A stretch of DNA of 44,717 nucleotides from an uncultured Dictyobacter sp. (GCA_964247965.1 CAXTXB010000003.1:231-44947), one strand, 5' to 3'. Positions 26,956-35,794 are shown, counted from the stretch's first letter. Notes: generated from the letters alone by a model not told the origin. Numbers and translations: made by a program.

Positions 26956-27693
26956 GTGAACGTACAAGACGTCATAAACATTGCTGGAATTTTCTTTGGG
27001 GGGATAGGCGTTGTGGGCATCGTGATCTGGGTGATCATGGTTGTCCGGAGCTATCTTCGTCACTATGCTGGAACACTGTCTTTGGAGGATATGGCTTTTG
27101 CTGGGAATGGATGGGCGACGACGATGGCCTTCGTCGCGGCTTTTTTTGTCTTTTCGTCTGACAAAGTATATCCTCATCTCAATGCTCAGATCGTTACCCT
27201 CTTCTCCGTCACCGCTGGCCTGGTTCTTCTCATTCTTTGGATTGTCACGATCTATCTCTACCTCCAGGCAATGCGCCCAACCTATGTCTACTTGCTTCCC
27301 CATGATGCGGAGAAAGTGCGACAAATCAATTGTGAACAAGGCATTGTGACGGTTGCCAATAGCTATCCTGATGTCTTCCTTGATGACGCTCTTTTAGGTA
27401 TCTTTGCCCGTTCAGTGCAAGTTATCGTGCGCTCACAATTCTACTCCAGTAAGAGAAAAAAAGGGGCAAGGGAGCTGACGAACAGCTTTGAGGTCTTTTG
27501 TAACCTGGCTGCCGAGGGCTTTGAGTGTGGATATAGTGATTTTCTTGCAGCGTGCCAGGCAGCTCCTGATCATCTGGAGGCAACTCGTGCTCTCTTACTC
27601 CAGTGGCCGAAAACGAAGGAATCAGAACAACTGCAAAGCGAATTAGCGAAGCGTTACCTGGAGAAGAGAGACGACAACGATGAGACGATATGA
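26956..27693 (+). CDS. Membrane protein (three N-terminal TM segments)
   Basis: GGGAGG RBS; hydrophobic stretches. Confidence 0.65.
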   Translation: MNVQDVINIAGIFFGGIGVVGIVIWVIMVVRSYLRHYAGTLSLEDMAFAGNGWATTMAFVAAFFVFSSDKVYPHLNAQIVTLFSVTAGLVLLILWIVTIYLYLQAMRPTYVYLLPHDAEKVRQINCEQGIVTVANSYPDVFLDDALLGIFARSVQVIVRSQFYSSKRKKGARELTNSFEVFCNLAAEGFECGYSDFLAACQAAPDHLEATRALLLQWPKTKESEQLQSELAKRYLEKRDDNDETI

Positions 27694-27796
27694 TCGCTCT
27701 AGAGGAACTGTAGATGGTCATACCTGTTAGTATACAGTAGTATAATTTGTGCAGGTATGTGTGAGCGTACCTGCATTCATTTTTTGAGGGGATGTT

Positions 27797-29311
27797 ATGA
27801 GTGATGAGGGACAAACTCCAGTATTAAAGCGTCGCTATCGATCGATGCCAGAGCGCAAAGCAGCCTTTGTGGATGTGCAACGCGGGATATTTTTGTATGA
27901 AGATGGCCTCACAAAATTCGAGTACGATACAGCACTCTCCCTGGCGTCGATTCTGGACCTGATTGCAGAAGGCGCGTGGGATCGACGGGGACCTGAAATT
28001 ATCTATATTATTGGCTGTTGGAATGCAGCGAGTACACCGGCGCGGGAGTGGTTTGAAGCATCCACAGGCTGGGAGCGTACGTCATATCATCGAAATCCAA
28101 TTATTGCTCTTTATAGGAACGGCTCAAAGCACGTGACTCTGTATGGATCAGCCCAATGGTTTGGTCAATGCGGTGAAATTGAGTTGGTTCAAGCTGCCTA
28201 TGTGCGTTTGCGTGTTCTCTTGCGTGAGAGTTTCGGCCAGGAAGTCAATCTCATGGGTACACCTGCTAGGACTGGACTTGATCTTATCGAACGGAGTTTG
28301 CCGACGGATCGAGACAAAAGATCATATGAGTGGCCAGTACTACCGAGGGAGATCCGGGAGGTCATCGAACACAACATTGGGCAGGGACGGATGGAGATGC
28401 TTCGCCAGATACCAGAGATGCCGAAGGCAGAGAAGCTCTATATCGAGGATGCCATCTGGATGTACAGCGCGTGCTGTCGGCGACTTCCATCTGGGCCTGT
28501 GCAGCATGATACGGTTGACGAATTTGCCGGGTATCGTGTTGGGTTTTATCGAATCGAATTTCAGGTCCCGTCAGGTTGGCATCACATCGGGTTGATCCCA
28601 ACCTGGAATCCTAAGGAGAAACGGAGTATCTGGCCCAGTCGGCCCAGTACCTATTGGTACACTGGCTATGTGTGTGCAGAGGAGCTGCGTATCGCGCTTG
28701 AGCCGCCTGAAGGTCTTCCTGCGTGGCCTGTGCGAATCAAGGAGCGCTGGCTCTTTGAGAGCGGTGATAGTCTGGCACAAGATCCTTTGAGAAATTGGAT
28801 TGAGAAGCTCCGTGCATTGCGTGAGAGTTGCACTGAGACGGTGGAGGGTGAACTGCTGGCACCGCTTCTGCGTAGTGCGATCCGTTCCATTTGCATCAAA
28901 GCAATTGGTAGCCTGCACAGAAAAGGTAGATATCAGGTTGTAGAGACGCCGATCTCTCGGTTGGCTGATATCCCAGAGGACGCTGAAGTTGTCTTTCGCT
29001 CTGGTACTCATGTGCGATGGCGCAAGCCGATCTCTCTCGATGCTTCTATGGCGCATTTCGCGCATCCGGAGTGGAGCGCATACATTTGGGGACGAGCACG
29101 TGCACGCTTGGCAAAGGCTGCGCTCTCTCTTCCTCGCGAAACGCTCATTGCTTTACGAAGCGATGCAATTGCAGTAACGTTTGATCCTGGATGGCGCGGA
29201 TCAAAGCCTGGTGAGTTTAGGCTGAAGCGGATTATTGACCTGGACGGCCGGTCACTGCCGAAAACAACGCAGGACTATCTGAATCTCCTTCAAGATCCTG
29301 AAGAGGAGTAG
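27797..29311 (+). CDS. Tap-like (telomere-associated protein type) family-B DNA polymerase-like protein
   Basis: TPARTGLDL; motif A-like IEDAIWMYSAC (D218); PLRNWIEKL; motif B-like IRSICIKAIGSL; HPEWSAYIWGRARARL; motif C-like RSDAI (D456); PGEFRLK. Order and spacing match Tap/PolB palm motifs as recalled. Confidence 0.65.
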   Translation: MSDEGQTPVLKRRYRSMPERKAAFVDVQRGIFLYEDGLTKFEYDTALSLASILDLIAEGAWDRRGPEIIYIIGCWNAASTPAREWFEASTGWERTSYHRNPIIALYRNGSKHVTLYGSAQWFGQCGEIELVQAAYVRLRVLLRESFGQEVNLMGTPARTGLDLIERSLPTDRDKRSYEWPVLPREIREVIEHNIGQGRMEMLRQIPEMPKAEKLYIEDAIWMYSACCRRLPSGPVQHDTVDEFAGYRVGFYRIEFQVPSGWHHIGLIPTWNPKEKRSIWPSRPSTYWYTGYVCAEELRIALEPPEGLPAWPVRIKERWLFESGDSLAQDPLRNWIEKLRALRESCTETVEGELLAPLLRSAIRSICIKAIGSLHRKGRYQVVETPISRLADIPEDAEVVFRSGTHVRWRKPISLDASMAHFAHPEWSAYIWGRARARLAKAALSLPRETLIALRSDAIAVTFDPGWRGSKPGEFRLKRIIDLDGRSLPKTTQDYLNLLQDPEEE

Positions 29312-29316
29312 CTGCA

Positions 29317-30330
29317 ATGGGTTTTTTTGATCGAGTTCGTAATCTCGTCATCGGGCGAGGATTTCGCGATACGCCCGTATCACCACCAGAGCCTGCACCA
29401 GAACCACAACGCCAGCCAGAACCGGAACGACGTGGAATTCTTGACCGGTTGCGCGATCGTGTTACTGGTGCAGATCGGCAACGTGAGGAACAGGAGCGTC
29501 AGGCGCAAGAGGTAGAGCGTCTGCGCGAAGAGGCCCGGCAGGAACAAGAACGACAACGCCAAGAAATTCAGCGTCAGCAGGAGGAGCTGGCTCGACAACG
29601 TGAAGAGATCCGCCAGGAACAAGAGCGGCTGCGCCAGGAACGTGAACAGCTCCAGCGCGCGGAGCAGGAACGCCGAGAAGCTGAAAGACAAGAGCAGGAA
29701 CGTGAACGCCAGGAGCAGGAACGGCAGCGGGTTGAGCAAGAGCGCCAGGCACAAGAACGACAACGGCAAGAGCAAGAGCAGCGCGATCGTGAACAATGGC
29801 AGAAAGAGGTAGGGATTGACCGCGAGGTGACTGGCGGTAAAGTAGCTGGGGTAAGTTGGACAATTTATACGGTGCGTACGCCAGAGGAACTCATGGAGAG
29901 ATTACGCGATGCCACTGATGCTGGCAAGCGCGTGGGTCTGAGCGTCCATGATAAAAATGGATGGCAGCAACTGTATGTCAACCAGGGTCGTGGTCAGGCT
30001 ATTGATCCACGAACAGGGATGCTTATTGGTGGAGGGTCTGGTATGAGTGCGAGCGAGTTGCGAGATCGGCTCGAAAAATATGGAGTACCTGGCGGGGAGC
30101 CTTTGCCTTCTAGTGATAGAACCGTGACCGGTATTGGTGATTTCCCTTCTAGCGATGGTGACATTGATTTAGGCGAAGGAGGTGTGCTTGACGGTCCAGA
30201 GTGGGATTACGATGATGCAGATGATGGCGGCGACTATGATGTCGATGAGAGTGAGGGGGCTGATGAAGACAACGAATACGCTGGCTACGATGGCGCGAGT
30301 GTCAATGGCTATCAGCTCGTTGTCTATTAG
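29317..30330 (+). CDS. Polymerase partner, candidate terminal/primer protein
   Basis: 5 bp after the polymerase stop; MGFFDRVRNL and GILDRLRDRV amphipathic motifs, ~110-aa Q/E/R coiled coil, acidic Tyr-rich C-terminus; function inferred. Confidence 0.55.
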   Translation: MGFFDRVRNLVIGRGFRDTPVSPPEPAPEPQRQPEPERRGILDRLRDRVTGADRQREEQERQAQEVERLREEARQEQERQRQEIQRQQEELARQREEIRQEQERLRQEREQLQRAEQERREAERQEQERERQEQERQRVEQERQAQERQRQEQEQRDREQWQKEVGIDREVTGGKVAGVSWTIYTVRTPEELMERLRDATDAGKRVGLSVHDKNGWQQLYVNQGRGQAIDPRTGMLIGGGSGMSASELRDRLEKYGVPGGEPLPSSDRTVTGIGDFPSSDGDIDLGEGGVLDGPEWDYDDADDGGDYDVDESEGADEDNEYAGYDGASVNGYQLVVY

Positions 30331-30351
30331 GGAAAGGAAGAAGAGGAAGCT

Positions 30352-30726
30352 ATGATTGATCTTATGGAACTCCAACTCCAGGCCAGGGCGCGAGGCTATC
30401 AGGTGCGCATGGTCGAGGTACGCCAGATCTCCACTAAGGGATACATACGAACGTTCGTCATTGAGGGCGGTGGGCCGCATAGCAACCCAGCAGTGTCAAA
30501 GTATGCCGATTTCACACATTTCGAGTATAGCCCGGAAGGTTGTTGGGCAGCAAGAGCCTGGCTGCACACGCGTGGCGCTTTTAAATGTGATCATTACGGC
30601 TGTGCAGAGACAGAGCTTCTTCAGGATGTCACACCTCCAGGGTATCCAGACGGGGAGGTTGTTTATACGTGTGAGGAGCATTTTGCGCTTATAAGGCGCG
30701 AGTTATGGCAAGATGGGTATAGATAG
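30352..30726 (+). CDS. Hypothetical protein with C-terminal Zn-finger
   Basis: CDHYGC...TCEEH. Confidence 0.6.
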   Translation: MIDLMELQLQARARGYQVRMVEVRQISTKGYIRTFVIEGGGPHSNPAVSKYADFTHFEYSPEGCWAARAWLHTRGAFKCDHYGCAETELLQDVTPPGYPDGEVVYTCEEHFALIRRELWQDGYR

Positions 30727-30735
30727 GAGTCGAAG

Positions 30736-31320
30736 ATGGAGATGGAGATTAAAGCGCGGCGGTGGTTAGCCGTTTGGTTCCAGTGTCCAGAATGTGGAGC
30801 GCAATCAGGAAATCCTATGTTGACACCGACGAAGAAGCATCGTGAGCGTGTATATGAGTGTTCTTCGTACACTCATCGTGAGCGACGGGTGCCTATGCAG
30901 CTTGTTGAGCGACGGTACTACACAACGTTTGCAATCGAGACTAGTATTAGCTTTACCACTATAGCTGGTACGCTTGAGCGGATTGGGCCATTTAGGGTCT
31001 GCAACATTGTGTATCCGGATATTCGCGCATTCCGTAAATGGGTAGAAAAGCGTCGGGCGGAACTGGCGGAGCAATCGCGTCAGTATATGGAACATATGCG
31101 GATACAGCAGGAAGAAAGTGAGGCTAGGCGCAAGCGGGAACGTGAAGAGGCGGTATTACTTAAGGAAGCTGAGGCTGTAGTGTATCGACGCTCACATGCG
31201 GTAGAGATGGCGGCGGAGCAGGTGGCGCGTGCTGCACGGCCGAAGGAGTCAAGGCCGGAAGATAGTTTCGTTTTCCCTGATAATGGGTGGCTGGATGATC
31301 TCGACGATCATCCCTTCTAA
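30736..31320 (+). CDS. Zn-ribbon/coiled-coil protein ending in an SSB-Ct-like tail
   Basis: CPEC...C...H; C-terminus LDDLDDHPF. Confidence 0.65.
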   Translation: MEMEIKARRWLAVWFQCPECGAQSGNPMLTPTKKHRERVYECSSYTHRERRVPMQLVERRYYTTFAIETSISFTTIAGTLERIGPFRVCNIVYPDIRAFRKWVEKRRAELAEQSRQYMEHMRIQQEESEARRKREREEAVLLKEAEAVVYRRSHAVEMAAEQVARAARPKESRPEDSFVFPDNGWLDDLDDHPF

Positions 31321-31340
31321 CGACGAACCCTGGTGGGGTT

Positions 31341-31373
31341 GCCCTGGTTGGTAAGTGCCAGCTAGGGCTTTTT
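31341..31373 (+). terminator. Intrinsic terminator closing the accessory operon
   Basis: GCCCTGGTTGGT...GCCAGCTAGGGC-TTTTT. Confidence 0.7.
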
Positions 31374-31794
31374 GCGCTATTTGATTTCTAACATTTTTTA
31401 GAACAAAGGTAAGTTTTTGAGGTGAACTAAAAATTGATAGGCTATAATCTTGTCCGATAACTTAAAACGCGTTATACTAACGGGGGCAAACAAAAACCAT
31501 TCGCAAGAAAACGCATTTGCTGGCAGGCTTGGTGTTTCTTGAAAATGGCTCTTTGTCCACAACAGGTAGTTGCAAACAGGTGTCGCTGTTCAAAACCAGT
31601 GACATCACTATGTATTTATATAGTAGTGTCAACGGTTTATAACTTATCACAGTTGCATATTATTGTCAACAGTAGAAGCAATGCTCGTTGGCTTGTAGAG
31701 CCAATGGAAGTGCTATTGAGCAGTAACGTCCACAATGCATATGCGACATCTGTCTGCAACAGTTTTATACTAGTTTTTTAGAGGAGGCTGTTGT

Positions 31795-31956
31795 ATGCCA
31801 CATGTTCGAGTGACAAGGTTTTCGCATAACACACGTTTCTCAGTTCTTGTTCCAAATGAGCAGAGTGCAAAGCTAAAGGTGATCAAGCGAGTTGTTCGAA
31901 CAACGAAAAAGCAAAGGAATATTGTTCAGTTGACTCTTCCATTTGTGAAGAACTAG
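31795..31956 (+). CDS. 53-aa basic microprotein with C-terminal clamp-binding-like motif QLTLPF (absent from ORF track)
   Basis: AGAGGAGG RBS; MPHVRVTRFSHNTRFSVLVPNEQSAKLKVIKRVVRTTKKQRNIVQLTLPFVKN. Confidence 0.55.
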   Translation: MPHVRVTRFSHNTRFSVLVPNEQSAKLKVIKRVVRTTKKQRNIVQLTLPFVKN

Positions 31957-32036
31957 TCATCCAAGTATTCATCGTGAGAGCTAATCTCCTCAAATGAATT
32001 GGCTCTCGATGGAGTAACAGACCTTTGGTGGGAGTG

Positions 32037-32068
32037 GCCTGGCTAGCAAATGCTGGCCAGGCTTTTTT
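32037..32068 (+). terminator. Intrinsic terminator
   Basis: GCCTGGCTAGCA-aa-TGCTGGCCAGGC-TTTTTT. Confidence 0.75.
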
Positions 32069-32073
32069 AATGC

Positions 32074-32310
32074 CTTTTTAGAGTGAAACCATTTTACCTT
32101 TATACATGTTTAGACTTATACAATTTTAGAGGAAAACAATTTTACCGTTTTACCCTTCTACTATTTTACTATAAAACCATTTTAGAGTTATAAAGCTATA
32201 ACGGTGTTAAGGTATTAATTTTTACATTTTTAGAGTGAAACCATTTTGCTGCTTTACCATTTTACAATTCTACTGCTAAACCTTTTTAGAACCTTGCCAT
32301 TTTAGGAGAA
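32074..32310. repeat. Centromere-like (parS/parC) AT-rich repeat array upstream of parA
   Basis: Many TTTTA(C/G) and AAACC units; TTTTAGAGTGAAACCATTTT exact at 32076 and 32228. Confidence 0.65.
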
Positions 32311-32374
32311 TACCTTTATACTCTTCTAGAAGAGTATCGTTTTGCTCGATTGATCTGTAACGGAGAAAAGACAG

Positions 32375-33148
32375 ATGCGAACGTATTGTCTAACGTCTAT
32401 AAAGGGTGGGGTCACTAAAACAACTTCTACAGTTAACCTTGGTCATGGACTGGCTCAAACTGGTCGCCGGGTACTCATTATTGACGCCGATCATCAATGC
32501 AATTCGACGCTTGCATTGCTTAAAACTGTTCAAGAGGACACAGCCGGAACCTTTTACGATGTGATGATGAATCGGCGGCCTGTCCGAGAAGTTATCCAGC
32601 GTACACCATTTGAGAACCTCGATATTGTGCAGGGGTCTATGTGGCTCTCAAACGCGAATACCCAACTTGCAAGCCAATTTGGTCGAGAGACGATTTTGAA
32701 GACTGCTCTACAGGGTGTAACTGGCTATCATTATATCTTGATTGATACCCCTCCTAACACGGAGCTTATTACCGTCAATTGTTGGGTAGCTTCTGACCAA
32801 CTTGTTATTCCACTAACTCCATCATGGTTTGCCATGTTTGGTATACGCATCCTGGAGATCCAGCTGGCAGATATTCAGAGGCAGACGGGCCGGGAATACG
32901 AGATATTTGGAGTGATCATCGCCATGGATGATCATACGAATAAAAGTGAGAGACGATCAGCTGAGATTCGCGAATACTTTGGAGAGAAGGTCTTTGGGAC
33001 CGCAATTCCGAAAAATGTAAAGGTTGAAATGGCAACGGATGAGGCGGCAGCAATTTATGACTATGCGCCTGGAAGCACTGGAGCGAATGCATATGCAAAT
33101 TTAGTAACAGAGTTTATTCAGCGAAGCGAGGGCGCATATGCCTACTAA
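32375..33148 (+). CDS. parA: ParA/Soj partition ATPase
   Basis: Deviant Walker A KGGVTKTT, IIDADHQCN, YILIDTPP, IPKNVKV. Confidence 0.95.
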   Translation: MRTYCLTSIKGGVTKTTSTVNLGHGLAQTGRRVLIIDADHQCNSTLALLKTVQEDTAGTFYDVMMNRRPVREVIQRTPFENLDIVQGSMWLSNANTQLASQFGRETILKTALQGVTGYHYILIDTPPNTELITVNCWVASDQLVIPLTPSWFAMFGIRILEIQLADIQRQTGREYEIFGVIIAMDDHTNKSERRSAEIREYFGEKVFGTAIPKNVKVEMATDEAAAIYDYAPGSTGANAYANLVTEFIQRSEGAYAY

Positions 33149-33503
33149 GAACAAAACCGAGAATCCTTTGTTGTCCAAGAACATTCCACCTGCACCATCT
33201 ACAGCGCCATCTGTCGAAACAAAAGAAGAATTGGAAAACAGCGATATGGTGGGAGAAGAGCAAAAAGGTAAAACAGTAGAAAGGCAAACCGTTTTACCGT
33301 CTTTAAGCCTAAATGAAGTCGAGGAAAAGGCGACAATTGAGTTGAGTTTGTATTTACGTCCAAGTCAGGATGATAAGATAGAAGATTTGCGTCGTGCGTA
33401 TAAAAAACTGACTCATAAAAAAATAACTGCAAATGAACTCATGCGGCGCTTAATAGATCGTGCAACGATTGATGATATTTTAATGCCAAGCAAGCAGGAG
33501 TGA
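33138..33503 (+). CDS. Small ParA partner (ParG-like, C-terminal RHH-like)
   Basis: Overlaps parA; disordered N-terminus; ELSLYLRPSQDDKIEDL...ITANELMRRLID. Confidence 0.7.
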   Translation: MPTKNKTENPLLSKNIPPAPSTAPSVETKEELENSDMVGEEQKGKTVERQTVLPSLSLNEVEEKATIELSLYLRPSQDDKIEDLRRAYKKLTHKKITANELMRRLIDRATIDDILMPSKQE

Positions 33504-33504
33504 G

Positions 33505-33810
33505 ATGACTACTCTACAAGAATGGCTTGGCCGTCTCAAAAAATATGATCCCGATGACTGGGGAAATCTTGATGAGCTCCGTACCTCATTTGCTCAAGAA
33601 GAATTGGATACAGACCTGGAGGCTGAAATCGTCTTTCGAACACACATCGGCCAGGTCGATCGCGTGAGTATTCTGTTGCTCGATCCTGATGATAACGTCG
33701 TCGTTGACTTGGGCTATAGCCCAAGTCAGATCGATATGGTGGTCCTAACTGAGTTTCTTCGAGATGCGGTGTTTCCAGGCGAGGCGGACTCAGATAGTGC
33801 TTCTTTGTAG
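33505..33810 (+). CDS. Acidic hypothetical protein
   Basis: Coupled to the par operon. Confidence 0.55.
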   Translation: MTTLQEWLGRLKKYDPDDWGNLDELRTSFAQEELDTDLEAEIVFRTHIGQVDRVSILLLDPDDNVVVDLGYSPSQIDMVVLTEFLRDAVFPGEADSDSASL

Positions 33811-33835
33811 TGCGGCAGGGAATTGTAATCTGCCA

Positions 33836-34189
33836 CTAATCTTTTTTCCGCCTCTCAATTTCATCAAGCACTGCTTGATGAGTTGCCTCGACTGTCTCTT
33901 CCTTCTCTGACTCTATTCGTTCGGGCTCGCTTGCATACAGAGCCGCATGCAAGATCTGAGCCTCCAACCAATCAGGGCATTTCATGATACGGCACCATTT
34001 TAAGAGCACATCGCGATCTATCTTCGGGTGTTCGTCTTTCATAATTCTACTGATATACGAGCTGGATCTGAGCCCAGCTCGTCGCGCAAGCTCTGACTGT
34101 GACATATTTGCCAGTCGCAATGCGTCATCCAAATATTTTCCTAACACAGATAATCTCTCTCTGCTTACTGCTGGTCCGGGATGCTTCAC
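33836..34189 (-). CDS. XRE-family HTH regulator
   Basis: LRLANMSQSELARRAGLRSSSYISRIMK. Confidence 0.85.
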   Translation of the reverse strand: MKHPGPAVSRERLSVLGKYLDDALRLANMSQSELARRAGLRSSSYISRIMKDEHPKIDRDVLLKWCRIMKCPDWLEAQILHAALYASEPERIESEKEETVEATHQAVLDEIERRKKD

Positions 34190-34388
34190 ACACTCTCTCC
34201 TTAGAGTATACCATTATCTTTGACTTGACAAGTACAAGATAATCCGTATACACTGCATTTATGATCATGTGTATTATCGCATAGATAGTTTCCTATAAAG
34301 GAGTTTTCGGGTGGAAGCGCTCTGTCCGCATGAACCAAGCAATAGATTGATTGTTCTCTATCGTCTTTTTTAGCGGAAAGGATCAAAG

Positions 34389-34718
34389 ATGAACCAGGAT
34401 CTCTCTCAACGACTGACGCGAGACCAACTTGCTGCAAAAAACATGTGGAGTAATTTCCCGACTTCGGTGCAAGAGAAACTTTTTCAGCACTATTGTACCT
34501 TCACTCACGGTGAGAATTGGAGGCAAGCTGAGTTCGATGTGCAGAACGCGACAACTATTCTGTATTGGGTCGTGCAGGAGGTACAGGAAAGACAGTTGAA
34601 CGGTCTGTATGAGGATCACACGATGCATTTTACCAGTGAGTCTGCTCAGGATGTGCAACGTATTGTTGAGGAGTTCAAACAGTTACGACAAACCGATGGA
34701 CACGAGGAAGGAGCATGA
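34389..34718 (+). CDS. Hypothetical protein, first of a divergent operon
   Basis: AAGGA RBS; TTGACA promoter at 34225. Confidence 0.55.
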   Translation: MNQDLSQRLTRDQLAAKNMWSNFPTSVQEKLFQHYCTFTHGENWRQAEFDVQNATTILYWVVQEVQERQLNGLYEDHTMHFTSESAQDVQRIVEEFKQLRQTDGHEEGA

Positions 34719-34721
34719 GGA

Positions 34722-35255
34722 ATGTACCCAGAAAGGAATGGTCATGCACATCGAACTATTCTGCCAGCAGGGGTGCTTTCTGAGAGTAGTGAAGAGATTA
34801 TCCACTTCCCGCTAAAAGGACTCTTGGGGGCAGATCAGAGTCTCGCACTGAATAGCGCACTTGGTACGATTTCCCTTCTTGCCAATGGAGATGAGAGACC
34901 AGTGCTTGTGATGGAGCAGCAACTGACCACTTCAGAAATGGGAGCCTTCCTTCCTCTCTTGGAGGAGTATCCGTACTATGCTCCCTATGAGACGCTGCTC
35001 GCAAGTTTTCTGACTGGGAAAGCGTCTGAGCTCGCGATCGCGAGATGTCGAAGGCAGTTGCAGGAAGCAAAGCAGTATGATGAAGAGAACGAGGAGAAAG
35101 GGCAGACGGGTGCGACGGCTTGGGATCAGGAGATGCGGCCATTGCGCAATGTGTTGTCCCGCGTTCGTCCGAAGATCCGTCGTCTTGGCCTCGATGTCAC
35201 TTCGATATTGGAGACGGGCTATCTCCTTAAAGTGTACAGCCCTCGTAGGAGGTGA
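34722..35255 (+). CDS. OmpR-type winged-helix protein without receiver domain
   Basis: QQLTTSEM..LPLLEEYPYYAPYETLLASF...LRNVLSRVRPKI...ETGY. Confidence 0.7.
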   Translation: MYPERNGHAHRTILPAGVLSESSEEIIHFPLKGLLGADQSLALNSALGTISLLANGDERPVLVMEQQLTTSEMGAFLPLLEEYPYYAPYETLLASFLTGKASELAIARCRRQLQEAKQYDEENEEKGQTGATAWDQEMRPLRNVLSRVRPKIRRLGLDVTSILETGYLLKVYSPRRR

Positions 35256-35794
35256 TCGTATGTCTCATTTTGATGATCCGTTTTTGGTGGATGTGTACGA
35301 TGCTCCGTCATCGTAAGGCGAGCGTGCAGGTGCCCAAAGGATTAGGAGTGCTGGAAGAGAACCCAGTTGCTTATTTTTCTCTGGATGGTCTGCTTCCCTC
35401 CAACACAATCTTTGCGTTGTATGGACCCCATGGTACTCTTTCGCTGCTTGAGAGCCGAGATGGTCAAGCGTCTATCCTCAACGAACAGCAATTCACCACG
35501 ATAGAGTTGAGTGTCTTGTTGCCCCTCCTTGTGTTCTATCCTGACTATGCGCCGTATGAGGTGCTTTTTGCCAGTTTCTATCAAGGATCAGTGCAAGAAC
35601 GGATCGTGGCGAAAAGTAAGAGGTATTTGGAAGCCATTGCATCGCGAGAAGAATGGGCGCAAGAAATGAGGCGACTTCGAGACACAGTGCAGCACCTTCG
35701 TGAGAAGCTTGCCGTCTTTGATCTCCACATTTCGACGATTCGTGATCAGGGCTATGGTTTCATTTCTGTGCTTGATCCAATCCAATCAGACTAA
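35252..35794 (+). CDS. Tandem paralogue of the winged-helix protein (start uncertain)
   Basis: QQFTTIEL..LPLLVFYPDYAPYEVLFASF...LRDTVQHLREKL...DQGY. Confidence 0.65.
   Translation: MIVCLILMIRFWWMCTMLRHRKASVQVPKGLGVLEENPVAYFSLDGLLPSNTIFALYGPHGTLSLLESRDGQASILNEQQFTTIELSVLLPLLVFYPDYAPYEVLFASFYQGSVQERIVAKSKRYLEAIASREEWAQEMRRLRDTVQHLREKLAVFDLHISTIRDQGYGFISVLDPIQSD

Noticed and set aside
29380-29863. Hydrophobic minus-strand ORFs resembling membrane proteins
   Set aside because: They are antisense shadows of the Q/E/R coiled-coil repeat
3029-31320. Prophage
   Set aside because: Phage-like early genes are present but no capsid, terminase, tail, lysis or integrase genes; Rep, Par and Mob point to a plasmid
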